From an uncultured virus (IMG/VR IMGVR_UViG_3300020413_000007) (lineage: Duplodnaviria; Heunggongvirae; Uroviricota; Caudoviricetes), in the IMG/VR virus record IMGVR_UViG_3300020413_000007: 64,000 nucleotides of DNA; one strand, written 5' to 3'. Position 1 is the stretch's first letter, and each line of letters opens with the position of its first letter. The translations under genes were made by a program, and so were the position numbers. The notes beneath the pieces are model-generated. The model ran no database searches. It saw only the letters and a program-made list of their open reading frames with translations, and was not told the DNA's origin. Shown here one piece after another: positions 19,411 to 28,023 of this stretch.

Positions 19411-22236
19411 ATGCCATTTACGAATACGATAGGTTCTAATACTATTCAAGGTTATAGAAGTTTAGGTGGAGATGATAGTGATGCCTTATTCAATGATGTA
19501 ATTTTATTACTACAACCTACAGGTGATGACACTCAAACATTTGATGATAAAAGTCAGTATAATTTCAGTACTTCAATAAATGCAGCTAGAGGTGCAATTC
19601 CACTTTTAGAAACTACAAGTCAAAAATGGAGTAGTGATTATAAAGTTATAAATTTAAACAATACAAGTAGTCATATTATATGTGCTGATTATATTCCAAA
19701 TTTAATTGCAAGTTCATCAAGTCCTGATACATGGACAGCAGAAATGTGGTTTATGTTTGATAGTGTGCCATCAGCAGGTACTCAGTTTGCTTTAATTGGA
19801 TTTCATGGTAATACATTTGGTGCTTTAACAGATAATCCTCATATAGATAATTACATAACATTATGGGCTGGAAATCAATCGGGTAGTGCAGCAACTGGTC
19901 AACATTTTTATGCAATCATTGAAGAGGGTGCAACTGAAGTTGTACAATCAGACCTAGCAACTTTTACTACAGGTCAATACTATCATGTTGCTATTGTAAA
20001 TAATAATAAAAGTGTAAGTGTTTATATAGATGGTACTAGAGTAGTAACTAGGGCAATTACAACAACTGTAAGAGGTTCTTATGGAGATAATGATAGAGAT
20101 AGTTTTCAAATAGGTGCTGATCAAGATGGTACAACAACAAATGACTATGCTGATATTCGTATAGCAGGTGTTCGAGTCACTCGAAATCAAGCAAGATATA
20201 GTGGTGCTACTGATGCACCAATAAATTCGCCTTTTCCTTTGAAAGGAACTAATACAAATATTTTAGGAGGTGACTCTTCATCTCCAATTACATCTGAAGT
20301 TGAAGGTCTTCGATATTTAGATACTTTTAATTTAGGTGTAACTAGTCCAACATTAGCATGGATTAAACATCCAAGAGTCAATGGTAATAATGCTTATCAA
20401 GCATATCTTATGAAAGATAGTGGTTATTTGTGGGTGTTAGCTGCAAAATTGGCAAGTAGTAGTCTCAACTCTCAGATATACTCTGGTTCTGCTGTAACTG
20501 GTACTCAGTCTGGATTCCCATCCTTTACATGGCAAGATTTTCCTGCTGGTTCTACAGTCAATGATTGGGGAACTGATACTCACTCATATAATCATACAGC
20601 ATATGATACGACTACGACTAAATCAATGAGAACTAGAATATGGCCTGAGTTGAGAAGTAAATATAAGAGAATATATATTGCCGACTGGAATCATGCTGAT
20701 GGTGGTACTCAGAATCCAACTGGTCGAATATTGTATATACAAAATAGAGGTAGATATAATGAGAATGAGATTGGTGTAAATCAATCTTGGGGAGAGTTCA
20801 TGGAAAATCCAAGTGCTGATGACCCAAATTCATTTGGTATGGGTCATAATGATCAAGATGTTGCTGGTAATCAAAGATTTGGTGGTCAGGATTATCCTCT
20901 TGATACAACTCATATATGGCCAAATGAATCTGATGGTAGTAATGCTTTAGCTGTTGCTGGTATGAAAAAGTATTCAAATAGTTGGGGATTTGCTGGATTA
21001 GATTACTTATATCTTGGTGCAACTGATAGAGAACAGACATCTGCAAATACAAATGATTGTACTATGATCTCAGGTGCTACTACTGAAAGAATACCAACAG
21101 CAATGCCAAGTAATGATGGTGCTCTTGGTACAGCTGGTAGTGGTGGTATGAATAGTATTACAGGTATTGGTGCTAAAAGAGCACCAATTAGTACTGCAAA
21201 TGGATTTGCAATTGAATTAAATGGAGATCAAACATCCAGTACAACGCCACCAAAAGGAAATAGTATAACTGCACAGAATATAAATGATGGTGGTTATCAT
21301 GGTAACTTCTGTACTCTCATGGGAAATGGTAGAGTAATGATTGAAGAAAATGCCAGAATGAATCTATGGACAAGACTACAGGGTGGTGATGGATCAACAA
21401 TCGATAGGGCATTTAATGGTTCTTTAATGGAATTGGATTCTATATGGTATAACAATGCAATTCCAAATGGTGTCTATTGGTTTAACACAACTGTTTTAGG
21501 TATTGTTGCTGTTGATGTTGTTACTAGAGGTGGTAAAAAATGGATACAAATTCCATTTGGTACTTCATCCTCAAGTTCTGGTGTTACATTAACTGCTGCT
21601 AAAATAGCAGATAAAGACTCACCAGCTGCAAACTTTTATGTATTCAATACTACTCTTGCCGGTGGAACTGGATTAGCAACTGTTGCTAATTTAACTTTTG
21701 ATGCTAGCAATAGATTTGGAAATGGAGATAATGATAGTACAACTACATCTGGATCAAATGATCATAATAGGAATATTGGTTGGGGTGTATGGAATGTAGG
21801 AATACCATTTAGACAACTTCAAGTTAATATGTCATTCAAAAATCATTGGGCAACTGGTACTGGTGGAACTAGTGCTGACTGGAATGGTACTCAAATAGAA
21901 ACTCCTTGGGATCCATCAACTGCTCATCCTGATTATGCTAGTGGTGATTGGCCATTTATAATGATTCCTGATCCAGCTGATCCTTTAAACAAAATGATTG
22001 CAGTCAATGGAGCAGGCACTTCAGCCTATAGAACTAGTAGTGCATGGACAACAGGTGAACAAATTCCTGTTGTAACACAAGCTATGGAAATTAACACGAC
22101 TGTTGAAATGGGTAAGGTAGGTAGTGGTGCTAGACAAGATGAGCATGCTGCTGAAGCATATCAAGTGGGTATCGGATTTGCTGGATTTGGTAAGGAAACA
22201 TATAGGGCTGAGTCTGGATATTTCTATATCAGGTAA
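19411..22236 (+). CDS. Fibre tip/receptor-binding protein with LamG-like domain
   Basis: F..V.LLL, WTAEMW, YYHVAIV, VRVT...ARY LamG unit plus two further domains. Confidence 0.7.
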   Translation: MPFTNTIGSNTIQGYRSLGGDDSDALFNDVILLLQPTGDDTQTFDDKSQYNFSTSINAARGAIPLLETTSQKWSSDYKVINLNNTSSHIICADYIPNLIASSSSPDTWTAEMWFMFDSVPSAGTQFALIGFHGNTFGALTDNPHIDNYITLWAGNQSGSAATGQHFYAIIEEGATEVVQSDLATFTTGQYYHVAIVNNNKSVSVYIDGTRVVTRAITTTVRGSYGDNDRDSFQIGADQDGTTTNDYADIRIAGVRVTRNQARYSGATDAPINSPFPLKGTNTNILGGDSSSPITSEVEGLRYLDTFNLGVTSPTLAWIKHPRVNGNNAYQAYLMKDSGYLWVLAAKLASSSLNSQIYSGSAVTGTQSGFPSFTWQDFPAGSTVNDWGTDTHSYNHTAYDTTTTKSMRTRIWPELRSKYKRIYIADWNHADGGTQNPTGRILYIQNRGRYNENEIGVNQSWGEFMENPSADDPNSFGMGHNDQDVAGNQRFGGQDYPLDTTHIWPNESDGSNALAVAGMKKYSNSWGFAGLDYLYLGATDREQTSANTNDCTMISGATTERIPTAMPSNDGALGTAGSGGMNSITGIGAKRAPISTANGFAIELNGDQTSSTTPPKGNSITAQNINDGGYHGNFCTLMGNGRVMIEENARMNLWTRLQGGDGSTIDRAFNGSLMELDSIWYNNAIPNGVYWFNTTVLGIVAVDVVTRGGKKWIQIPFGTSSSSSGVTLTAAKIADKDSPAANFYVFNTTLAGGTGLATVANLTFDASNRFGNGDNDSTTTSGSNDHNRNIGWGVWNVGIPFRQLQVNMSFKNHWATGTGGTSADWNGTQIETPWDPSTAHPDYASGDWPFIMIPDPADPLNKMIAVNGAGTSAYRTSSAWTTGEQIPVVTQAMEINTTVEMGKVGSGARQDEHAAEAYQVGIGFAGFGKETYRAESGYFYIR

Positions 22237-22268
22237 TACTCAAAATTATTAAGACGGGCCCCCTGCAC

Positions 22269-22297
22269 TTGACTAAATACAAGTGTTAACATATAAT
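22269..22297 (+). promoter_or_regulatory. Sigma70-type early promoter with embedded late-promoter-like CTAAATA
   Basis: TTGACT-17-TATAAT. Confidence 0.8.
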
Positions 22298-22318
22298 AGT
22301 TGTATTCGGAACTGAATT

Positions 22319-22543
22319 ATGAAACCTAACGAAATTGTTGAAGATTTTACAAAACAACGTGATGCTGCTCTAGATAAGATTAAAAAACTAGAAGCAGAAC
22401 TAAACACTCAAAAAGAATTATTCCTAAAACTACAGGGAGCTCTTGAAGGTATTGCTCTCTTTAGTGGAGGAGACACAGGCACAGTAGAAGTAGTAGGGGA
22501 TGAACAAGTGCCAGAAACCGCTGAAGTTGAACCAGTTAGTTGA
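22319..22543 (+). CDS. Small coiled-coil hypothetical protein
   Basis: Heptad pattern, LKLQGALE motif. Confidence 0.75.
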   Translation: MKPNEIVEDFTKQRDAALDKIKKLEAELNTQKELFLKLQGALEGIALFSGGDTGTVEVVGDEQVPETAEVEPVS

Positions 22544-22568
22544 CAAACCGCTAATTGTCTGATATAAT
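22540..22568 (+). promoter_or_regulatory. Sigma70-type early promoter
   Basis: Perfect TTGACA-17-TATAAT. Confidence 0.85.
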
Positions 22569-22590
22569 AAGATCAGATAAGAAAAAAACT

Positions 22591-22794
22591 ATGTTTGTAC
22601 GTGCTAAAGGTGGTCAAGTTGAACTTCGTGATCGCAACGGATGTTACCAAACTTTTGCTCATGGCAAGAGAATCAACTATGCTGTCATCCAAGGCGATGA
22701 AGTAGTGTGTAACTCAAATGATGGTAAAACTTACATCTATGAGTTTAACAATAATGGTAAGTCTGTATATGGCCCAACAGAGGTAATTTCGTAA
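22591..22794 (+). CDS. Hypothetical protein
   Basis: ORF; the ATG at 22591 lies downstream of the promoter, whereas the track's start lies inside it. Confidence 0.7.
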   Translation: MFVRAKGGQVELRDRNGCYQTFAHGKRINYAVIQGDEVVCNSNDGKTYIYEFNNNGKSVYGPTEVIS

Positions 22795-22855
22795 AATTAT
22801 TAAGGAGGTCTTAAAGCGCCTCCTCGCTATAAATAAAAGCAAACTGGAACATATC

Positions 22856-23131
22856 ATGGATGCTGATGCAGCAAAAAGAATAAAGAATGAACTCCTTCAA
22901 AAAATGAAGGACATGAGTGATACTCTTGCTGATTCATATAGTGACTTTGCTCATGGCAAACCAGTATTTTGTGATGCAAGTATTGTACAAGCGAGAATGA
23001 CATATTGTAATGCTTGTGAGCATTATAATGCTGCCACTACTCAATGTAGTCAATGCGGATGTTTTATGAGTGCTAAGGCACGATTGAAACATGGTTCATG
23101 CCCTATTGGAAAATGGGGAAAGGATGCCTAA
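22856..23131 (+). CDS. Cys-rich putative metal-binding protein (DUF6171-like)
   Basis: R...C..C......C..CGCF...K.......CP.GKW; TATAAATA at 22828. Confidence 0.75.
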   Translation: MDADAAKRIKNELLQKMKDMSDTLADSYSDFAHGKPVFCDASIVQARMTYCNACEHYNAATTQCSQCGCFMSAKARLKHGSCPIGKWGKDA

Positions 23132-23132
23132 A

Positions 23133-23291
23133 ATGGATAAAGACAAAAAATTATTATCCCCGAGCGTTATCGATGCTATCCTACAAGATAGAGGAGATAG
23201 GATGCAAGAGCTCTTAGACTTGGGTAGATTTGAAGATGCTGTATGTATTGGAGAGGAGTTTGATGAATGGCTGACGGATGTAATGATTTAA
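23133..23291 (+). CDS. Hypothetical protein
   Basis: ORF MDKDKKLL...EWLTDVMI; similar to 24085..24324. Confidence 0.6.
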   Translation: MDKDKKLLSPSVIDAILQDRGDRMQELLDLGRFEDAVCIGEEFDEWLTDVMI

Positions 23292-23419
23292 GAGAGGAAA
23301 TTAATTCTCTCAAAGAAGTGATTGCCTATCAATCAACTATCATTAATAAATTGATATTAATGATAAATCTTTCTAATTCAGATCTGAAGAATCATCTTCA
23401 CATTTTAGAGGACACTTGA
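23267..23419 (+). CDS. Small hypothetical protein (50 aa, below track cutoff)
   Basis: MADGCNDLREEINSLKEVIAYQ...; fills the gap between genes. Confidence 0.5.
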   Translation: MADGCNDLREEINSLKEVIAYQSTIINKLILMINLSNSDLKNHLHILEDT

Positions 23420-23444
23420 CATTTTTTATATTATGGTATATAAT
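23416..23444 (+). promoter_or_regulatory. Sigma70-type early promoter
   Basis: Perfect TTGACA-17-TATAAT. Confidence 0.85.
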
Positions 23445-23494
23445 TACAATTAGTTGACTTAAATTACAAAAATTTAGTAGTTTATTTAAAGCCA

Positions 23495-23665
23495 ATGGCA
23501 AAAACTTATCGAAAGTATAAAGAGTCTTACCGCTCTCACAATTCTAAATTCAAAAAGTCTATGCAACAACAAGAAAAATATTCAAAACATGAAATTGAAT
23601 ATGGAGATAAGATTTCTGGCAAACATCGCTGGAAAAGAGATAGTATGAACGAACATGAGTTTTAA
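23495..23665 (+). CDS. Small basic hypothetical protein (56 aa)
   Basis: MAKTYRKYKESYRSH...; first ORF after the promoter. Confidence 0.65.
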   Translation: MAKTYRKYKESYRSHNSKFKKSMQQQEKYSKHEIEYGDKISGKHRWKRDSMNEHEF

Positions 23666-23666
23666 A

Positions 23667-23933
23667 ATGATAACTATGAAAGTAATTGAAATACCAGAAA
23701 AACTATCATCAGCGATAGGAACATTCGTTTTTGATGATGCTAATGAACAAATAGGAGTAACCTTCAGAGGAAGAACTACTAAATATGTTTATAATGTCAA
23801 TGGCGATTATGAAATGGCCAAAGACGATCTCTTAATTGAGATTGATGGTGCTGCTACTGATAAAGAAAAATTCTCTATTGGTAGATATTTCAATCAAATG
23901 AAGTCTAAAAAGCGTTTGATTGAGATCACTTAA
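23667..23933 (+). CDS. KTSC-domain-like protein
   Basis: SSAI....D.....I.V.F.....Y.Y.....SIGRYFN matches the KTSC pattern. Confidence 0.6.
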   Translation: MITMKVIEIPEKLSSAIGTFVFDDANEQIGVTFRGRTTKYVYNVNGDYEMAKDDLLIEIDGAATDKEKFSIGRYFNQMKSKKRLIEIT

Positions 23934-24023
23934 CCAGCGAGAGGGCTAGTTAATGAGGAGCTCAACTGAGCTTTATATAAATTGGATTTATGAAACTATT
24001 GGGATTCCATAAGGCACTCTAAT

Positions 24024-24063
24024 GACTCAGCCACTTGACTTTGGCTGGGTCTTTTTATATAAT
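24024..24063 (+). promoter_or_regulatory. Terminator hairpin overlapping a sigma70 promoter
   Basis: GACTCAGCCA..TGGCTGGGTC-TTTTT with TTGACT(24035)-17-TATAAT(24058). Confidence 0.8.
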
Positions 24064-24084
24064 GGCAGTGTACATTAAATTCAA

Positions 24085-24324
24085 ATGAAAAAATTTAAAA
24101 ATCCATTTGGCGACCTCTTCTCAAGTATCAGAGACAATTCTGATTCTATAATGAGAATACAATTAAATCAAATACAAAACCAATTTACAAAACTATCAAG
24201 AGCTGGTCGTCATCATGATGCTTTAGCTTTAGCAGCAGAGTATGAAGAGTGGATTTTAGATAATGATGAGTGGGGTTTTCTCTACTTAAATAATTTATCT
24301 GATGAATTAAACCAGTTGGATTAG
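24085..24324 (+). CDS. Hypothetical protein
   Basis: ORF downstream of the promoter. Confidence 0.7.
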   Translation: MKKFKNPFGDLFSSIRDNSDSIMRIQLNQIQNQFTKLSRAGRHHDALALAAEYEEWILDNDEWGFLYLNNLSDELNQLD

Positions 24325-24373
24325 TGGCACACACACTCACACAACCATATAAATCTATAGTATATTAGCTATA

Positions 24374-24453
24374 GTTCAGAGGCAGTAAGACTTTCAAGGT
24401 GAGCTAATAAATGCTCTTTAAGTCGAACTTAAGCAGTAAGTCCTCTGCTTTTT
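24374..24453 (+). ncRNA. Candidate structured RNA / 5' leader
   Basis: Starts just after a -10 box; nested stems CAGAG/CTCTG, GACTT/AAGTC, GAGC/GCTC, TTAAGT/ACTTAA, then a T-run. Confidence 0.45.
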
Positions 24454-24477
24454 ATCCAATTTCTTTATTTACTAATT

Positions 24478-24903
24478 ATGGCAACTCGCTCTCGCATCGG
24501 CATTCAAATAGACGGCGGTATCGTATCAGCTTATCATCATTGGGATGGTTATCCTGAGTGGTTAGGTGTTACACTTAACAAGAATTTTAATGATGAAAAA
24601 TCAATTAAAGAATTGATAGATGGCGGAGATATGTCATGTTGCCATTCTGATAATGGATGGGATTCTGACGAAAAGTATGTTGAACCTAGACCAGTATATT
24701 ATGCTGAGCGTGGCGAAGATACGCCTCCACAATTATCTGAATCAATTACTGAATACTTAAATTTAGCAAATGATTGCTGCGGAGAGTTTGCTTACTTATT
24801 TGTAGGTGGCGAATGGTTCTGTTATGATACAGATAGATATGGTAAAGGTTTTGCTAGATTAGTAGATATTCCTGCTGATTATCCAAAGGAGGTTGCTGCA
24901 TGA
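24478..24903 (+). CDS. Conserved phage hypothetical protein
   Basis: MATRSRIG..Y.HWDGYP..LG motif. Confidence 0.8.
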   Translation: MATRSRIGIQIDGGIVSAYHHWDGYPEWLGVTLNKNFNDEKSIKELIDGGDMSCCHSDNGWDSDEKYVEPRPVYYAERGEDTPPQLSESITEYLNLANDCCGEFAYLFVGGEWFCYDTDRYGKGFARLVDIPADYPKEVAA

Positions 24904-25079
24904 TCAAATATGATGAGTGGAAAGCACTTAATGATGCTTTGATGTATCTATCCGATGAGGATCAGAAAACTATTGAGAGAATCAGAAATGTCAAAATAGA
25001 AAACATACTGCCAAAGATTGATTTCTATGAAAATCAAACAGCGGATTATATAGATAGAGTCAATGAAAGTACACTATGA
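24900..25079 (+). CDS. Small hypothetical protein (59 aa)
   Basis: ATGA overlap with the upstream stop; MIKYDEWKALND... Confidence 0.6.
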   Translation: MIKYDEWKALNDALMYLSDEDQKTIERIRNVKIENILPKIDFYENQTADYIDRVNESTL

Positions 25080-25266
25080 TGTAACACTTGAATCAAGTGA
25101 GATTGAAGCGATACATATTATGGCTCAGATTATTCGAGATCTTGAAATCGAAAAGCAAGTTGAGGAGCATACAAATGCCTCAGTATATGCTATAGAAGTC
25201 AAGATGGCTGAACTTATACATTCATATAATAAATTCAATGAAACAACAATTAAAGATGCTCCGTAA
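25063..25266 (+). CDS. Hypothetical protein
   Basis: ORF in a tightly packed operon. Confidence 0.6.
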   Translation: MKVHYDVTLESSEIEAIHIMAQIIRDLEIEKQVEEHTNASVYAIEVKMAELIHSYNKFNETTIKDAP

Positions 25267-25408
25267 GACTATTGAACTAGCTGAAACGGATATAAGTGCT
25301 GACTATACTGAAGAAGAGATTAGGTATATGAAGAAGAAATATCGAGAGCTCAGAGAAGAGATAAGATATGCTCAAAGACTTCAAAACAATGGATTTATGG
25401 TAGAATAA
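25238..25408 (+). CDS. Small hypothetical protein (56 aa)
   Basis: MKQQLKMLRKTIELAE..YTEEEIRYMKK; fills the gap. Confidence 0.6.
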   Translation: MKQQLKMLRKTIELAETDISADYTEEEIRYMKKKYRELREEIRYAQRLQNNGFMVE

Positions 25409-25429
25409 ATCCAATAAAATAACTGTCAC

Positions 25430-25465
25430 AAGGCCCTTTACGAAGGGCCTTTTTTCGTGTATAAT
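25430..25465 (+). terminator. Terminator hairpin overlapping a promoter
   Basis: AAGGCCCTT-TACG-AAGGGCCTT-TTTT; TTTACG(25437)-17-TATAAT(25460). Confidence 0.8.
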
Positions 25466-25489
25466 AGCTGTATCAACTGAAATTCCTTT

Positions 25490-26767
25490 ATGACCATTAC
25501 ATTCTTGCCTCATCAACAAAAAGCACTTGACGTTATGAAAAATGAAGATGTAGGTCAAATCATTGTGCCAACTGGTGGTGGTAAGACTATGATTATGATG
25601 GAAGATCTCTTAAGAGATATCGACTATAGTTATGGTCAACCAACTGTATCGGTTGTTGTTGCTCCTCGCCTTATGTTATCTCAACAATTGTGTGATGACT
25701 TCACTGAGCACTGCCGTAATCGTAAGAATTTCAATAAGAATCAGATACAAATAGTAAATGTTCATAGTGGTAAAGGCAGTAAATTCTTTACGACTACAAA
25801 ACCAAGAGATATCAAAGATGTAGTTCGCTTCAATCTATTGAATGATCGCCATACTGTGCTATTCACAACATATCACTCATTACATCGTATTGTGGAGTGT
25901 AATATGAGAGTTCATAATACTTACTATGATGAGTCACATAACTCTACTGCTAAATCATTCTATGTAAGTGTAGAAGCGATGGCAGAGAGATCAAATCGCC
26001 GTTACTACTTCACTGCTACACCAAAGCACTCATATCGCCATGAACGTGGTATGAATAATGATAATGTATATGGTAAGATCATTTGTGATATTCCTGCTCC
26101 AGAGTTAGTTGAGAAGGGATGTATCTTGCCTCCTACAGTTGTGCCTTATGACAAGTCACACAATATTGAGTTCAGTAAGGAGACTGCTCATGTTCATCAT
26201 GCCTTGACTATCAAAGATGTAGTTGACAATGTAGTCAAAGACGATACTGCTAAGATACTGGTAACTGTGCCATCATCGAGAGTGCTTAACAATATGATAG
26301 GTCATACCACACTGCTTAAGAGTCTCAAAGATCGTGGTTATGATGTATTACATATTACATCAAAATTTGGTGCTTATGTCAATAAGACTAAGGTTAATCG
26401 TACTAAATTCTTTGAGACTCTTAAAAAGTGGAGTCATCAAATAGGTCGTAAATTCGTATTGTTTCATTATTCAATACTTGCTGAAGGTATCAACGTAGCA
26501 GGTCTCACTCATACAATTTTCCTTAGAAATTTGAATATCATTGAAATGGCACAATCAATTGGAAGAGTGATTCGCCTTGATAAGAATGATCGCCAAGATA
26601 TTCAAGATGGTAAGATTGCTGCTGGTGCTTTGCAGTTCTATCGTAAGTCAACAGGCTATTGTGTCATACCGACCAGTAAGAACTATAACAAAAATATTCA
26701 TGGTCGAATTGAAAGAATTGTACATGACATATTTGTTGAGGGTAAATTCTCAACTGGTTTTTGTTAA
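25490..26767 (+). CDS. Superfamily 2 (DExH, ResIII-like) helicase
   Basis: PHQ, PTGGGKT Walker A, DESH, TATP, L.EGIN, QSIGRVIR. Confidence 0.9.
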   Translation: MTITFLPHQQKALDVMKNEDVGQIIVPTGGGKTMIMMEDLLRDIDYSYGQPTVSVVVAPRLMLSQQLCDDFTEHCRNRKNFNKNQIQIVNVHSGKGSKFFTTTKPRDIKDVVRFNLLNDRHTVLFTTYHSLHRIVECNMRVHNTYYDESHNSTAKSFYVSVEAMAERSNRRYYFTATPKHSYRHERGMNNDNVYGKIICDIPAPELVEKGCILPPTVVPYDKSHNIEFSKETAHVHHALTIKDVVDNVVKDDTAKILVTVPSSRVLNNMIGHTTLLKSLKDRGYDVLHITSKFGAYVNKTKVNRTKFFETLKKWSHQIGRKFVLFHYSILAEGINVAGLTHTIFLRNLNIIEMAQSIGRVIRLDKNDRQDIQDGKIAAGALQFYRKSTGYCVIPTSKNYNKNIHGRIERIVHDIFVEGKFSTGFC

Positions 26768-26775
26768 ATAGCACT

Positions 26776-26967
26776 ATGAATCAAAAAGGATATAAAACTG
26801 GTTATGCAATCGGAGCTGTAGCGGCAACGATTGCAATTCTATTTGGACAAGCATGGCTCACTCTTCTCATTTTTAGCTGGTTTAATTTAAAACTGACTAT
26901 CTGGCAATGCCTGTTGATCATTGTATTGATTAAATCGATCACAGCGGTAGTTGAGAAGGACAGTTAA
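26776..26967 (+). CDS. Small membrane protein
   Basis: Two hydrophobic helices. Confidence 0.6.
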   Translation: MNQKGYKTGYAIGAVAATIAILFGQAWLTLLIFSWFNLKLTIWQCLLIIVLIKSITAVVEKDS

Positions 26968-27086
26968 ATTAGTGGCACACAAGATGTTGAAATTGGTCTA
27001 TAATAGAGTATTATAGCCATATGGGAAACAAATTCATCCCTTTTGAATTTGTTTCTCCCACCTATTCTTTATTTCAATTCAATTTT

Positions 27087-27581
27087 ATGGTTGCTTCTTA
27101 CATCACTGCTCAGCAAGAGATCGCTGAAAGAGTTACTACATGGGCTGATCAACTTGCCGAGTCGCTCACAGAAAACTACAGAAGATACCATATCAGAATG
27201 CTCACTCAAAATTCAGTACGCTTCTCTACAGAAGATGGAAGTGTGCTTGGTTATCGCCCTGACTTATCCGACTATGCCAATCAGCAACTTGCTGAGATTC
27301 AGAATGGAACTGCGAACTTAATGAAGTTTAAAGTATATACTGGTAAGAAATACTACAAGATCGTTCAGCAAGAGTTCGATACATTTCAAAACAGAAATGA
27401 GTATCGTGATGGCAGTGTCAATTGCTTTATCGATAAGAAAACTGGCGAAGTTTACAAGCCTGCATCATGGAAGGCGCCTGCCAAGCACGTTCGCTATGAT
27501 ATGAGAATTGTTCAGCAACGTGAATTCTTACTCAATCCTGACAATATAAGTTGGTCAGGCGGTTATCTCTACATGAGATAG
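27087..27581 (+). CDS. Conserved cyanophage early protein
   Basis: KKYYKI..SV.CFID..TG.VYKPASWKAPAK.VRY; start placed downstream of the 5' hairpin. Confidence 0.75.
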   Translation: MVASYITAQQEIAERVTTWADQLAESLTENYRRYHIRMLTQNSVRFSTEDGSVLGYRPDLSDYANQQLAEIQNGTANLMKFKVYTGKKYYKIVQQEFDTFQNRNEYRDGSVNCFIDKKTGEVYKPASWKAPAKHVRYDMRIVQQREFLLNPDNISWSGGYLYMR

Positions 27582-27660
27582 ACCACTTCAATAAGTGTCT
27601 ACTTGACTTGCAAATCCGACACTTATCCATTATAATAGCTGTATACAAAACAAATCTTTC

Positions 27661-27825
27661 ATGATCAAACTCGGTACTCAAGTTCAACATAAACTACATG
27701 ATGATCTCAATGGCGATGTAGTTCAACTGAACAGAAGTAGTAATACTGCGACTGTCAAGTATTGGATTGATGACTACGAACCAATGCTTGTATCTGTTTA
27801 CTTATCTGATCTAGAGGTTGCTTAA
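27661..27825 (+). CDS. Small hypothetical protein (54 aa, SH3-like pattern)
   Basis: MIKLGTQVQHK...LSDLEVA after TTGCAA-17-TATAAT (27608/27631). Confidence 0.65.
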   Translation: MIKLGTQVQHKLHDDLNGDVVQLNRSSNTATVKYWIDDYEPMLVSVYLSDLEVA

Positions 27826-28023
27826 ATGTCACAATCTGAACTTCAAAGACTTTCAGAAGTCATTCAACAAGATATTACATTTTATCTCGATGGCGAAGAA
27901 CCGCTTGTCATCGAGAATATTTGTGATATCATCGTGAAAAGATTTGAACAAGAAGAGATCTCTTCTGTCAATATCGCTGCACTCAATCACAATTTATCCA
28001 ACTATTTTAACTCAAATGTCTAA
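27826..28023 (+). CDS. Hypothetical protein
   Basis: ORF abutting the upstream stop. Confidence 0.65.
   Translation: MSQSELQRLSEVIQQDITFYLDGEEPLVIENICDIIVKRFEQEEISSVNIAALNHNLSNYFNSNV

Noticed and set aside
1585..22236. Diversity-generating retroelement or invertible fibre switch
   Set aside because: No reverse transcriptase, invertase, template/variable repeat pair or inverted cassette seen
24374..24453. tRNA or hammerhead ribozyme
   Set aside because: No T-loop GTTCRA cloverleaf and no CTGATGA/GAAA core
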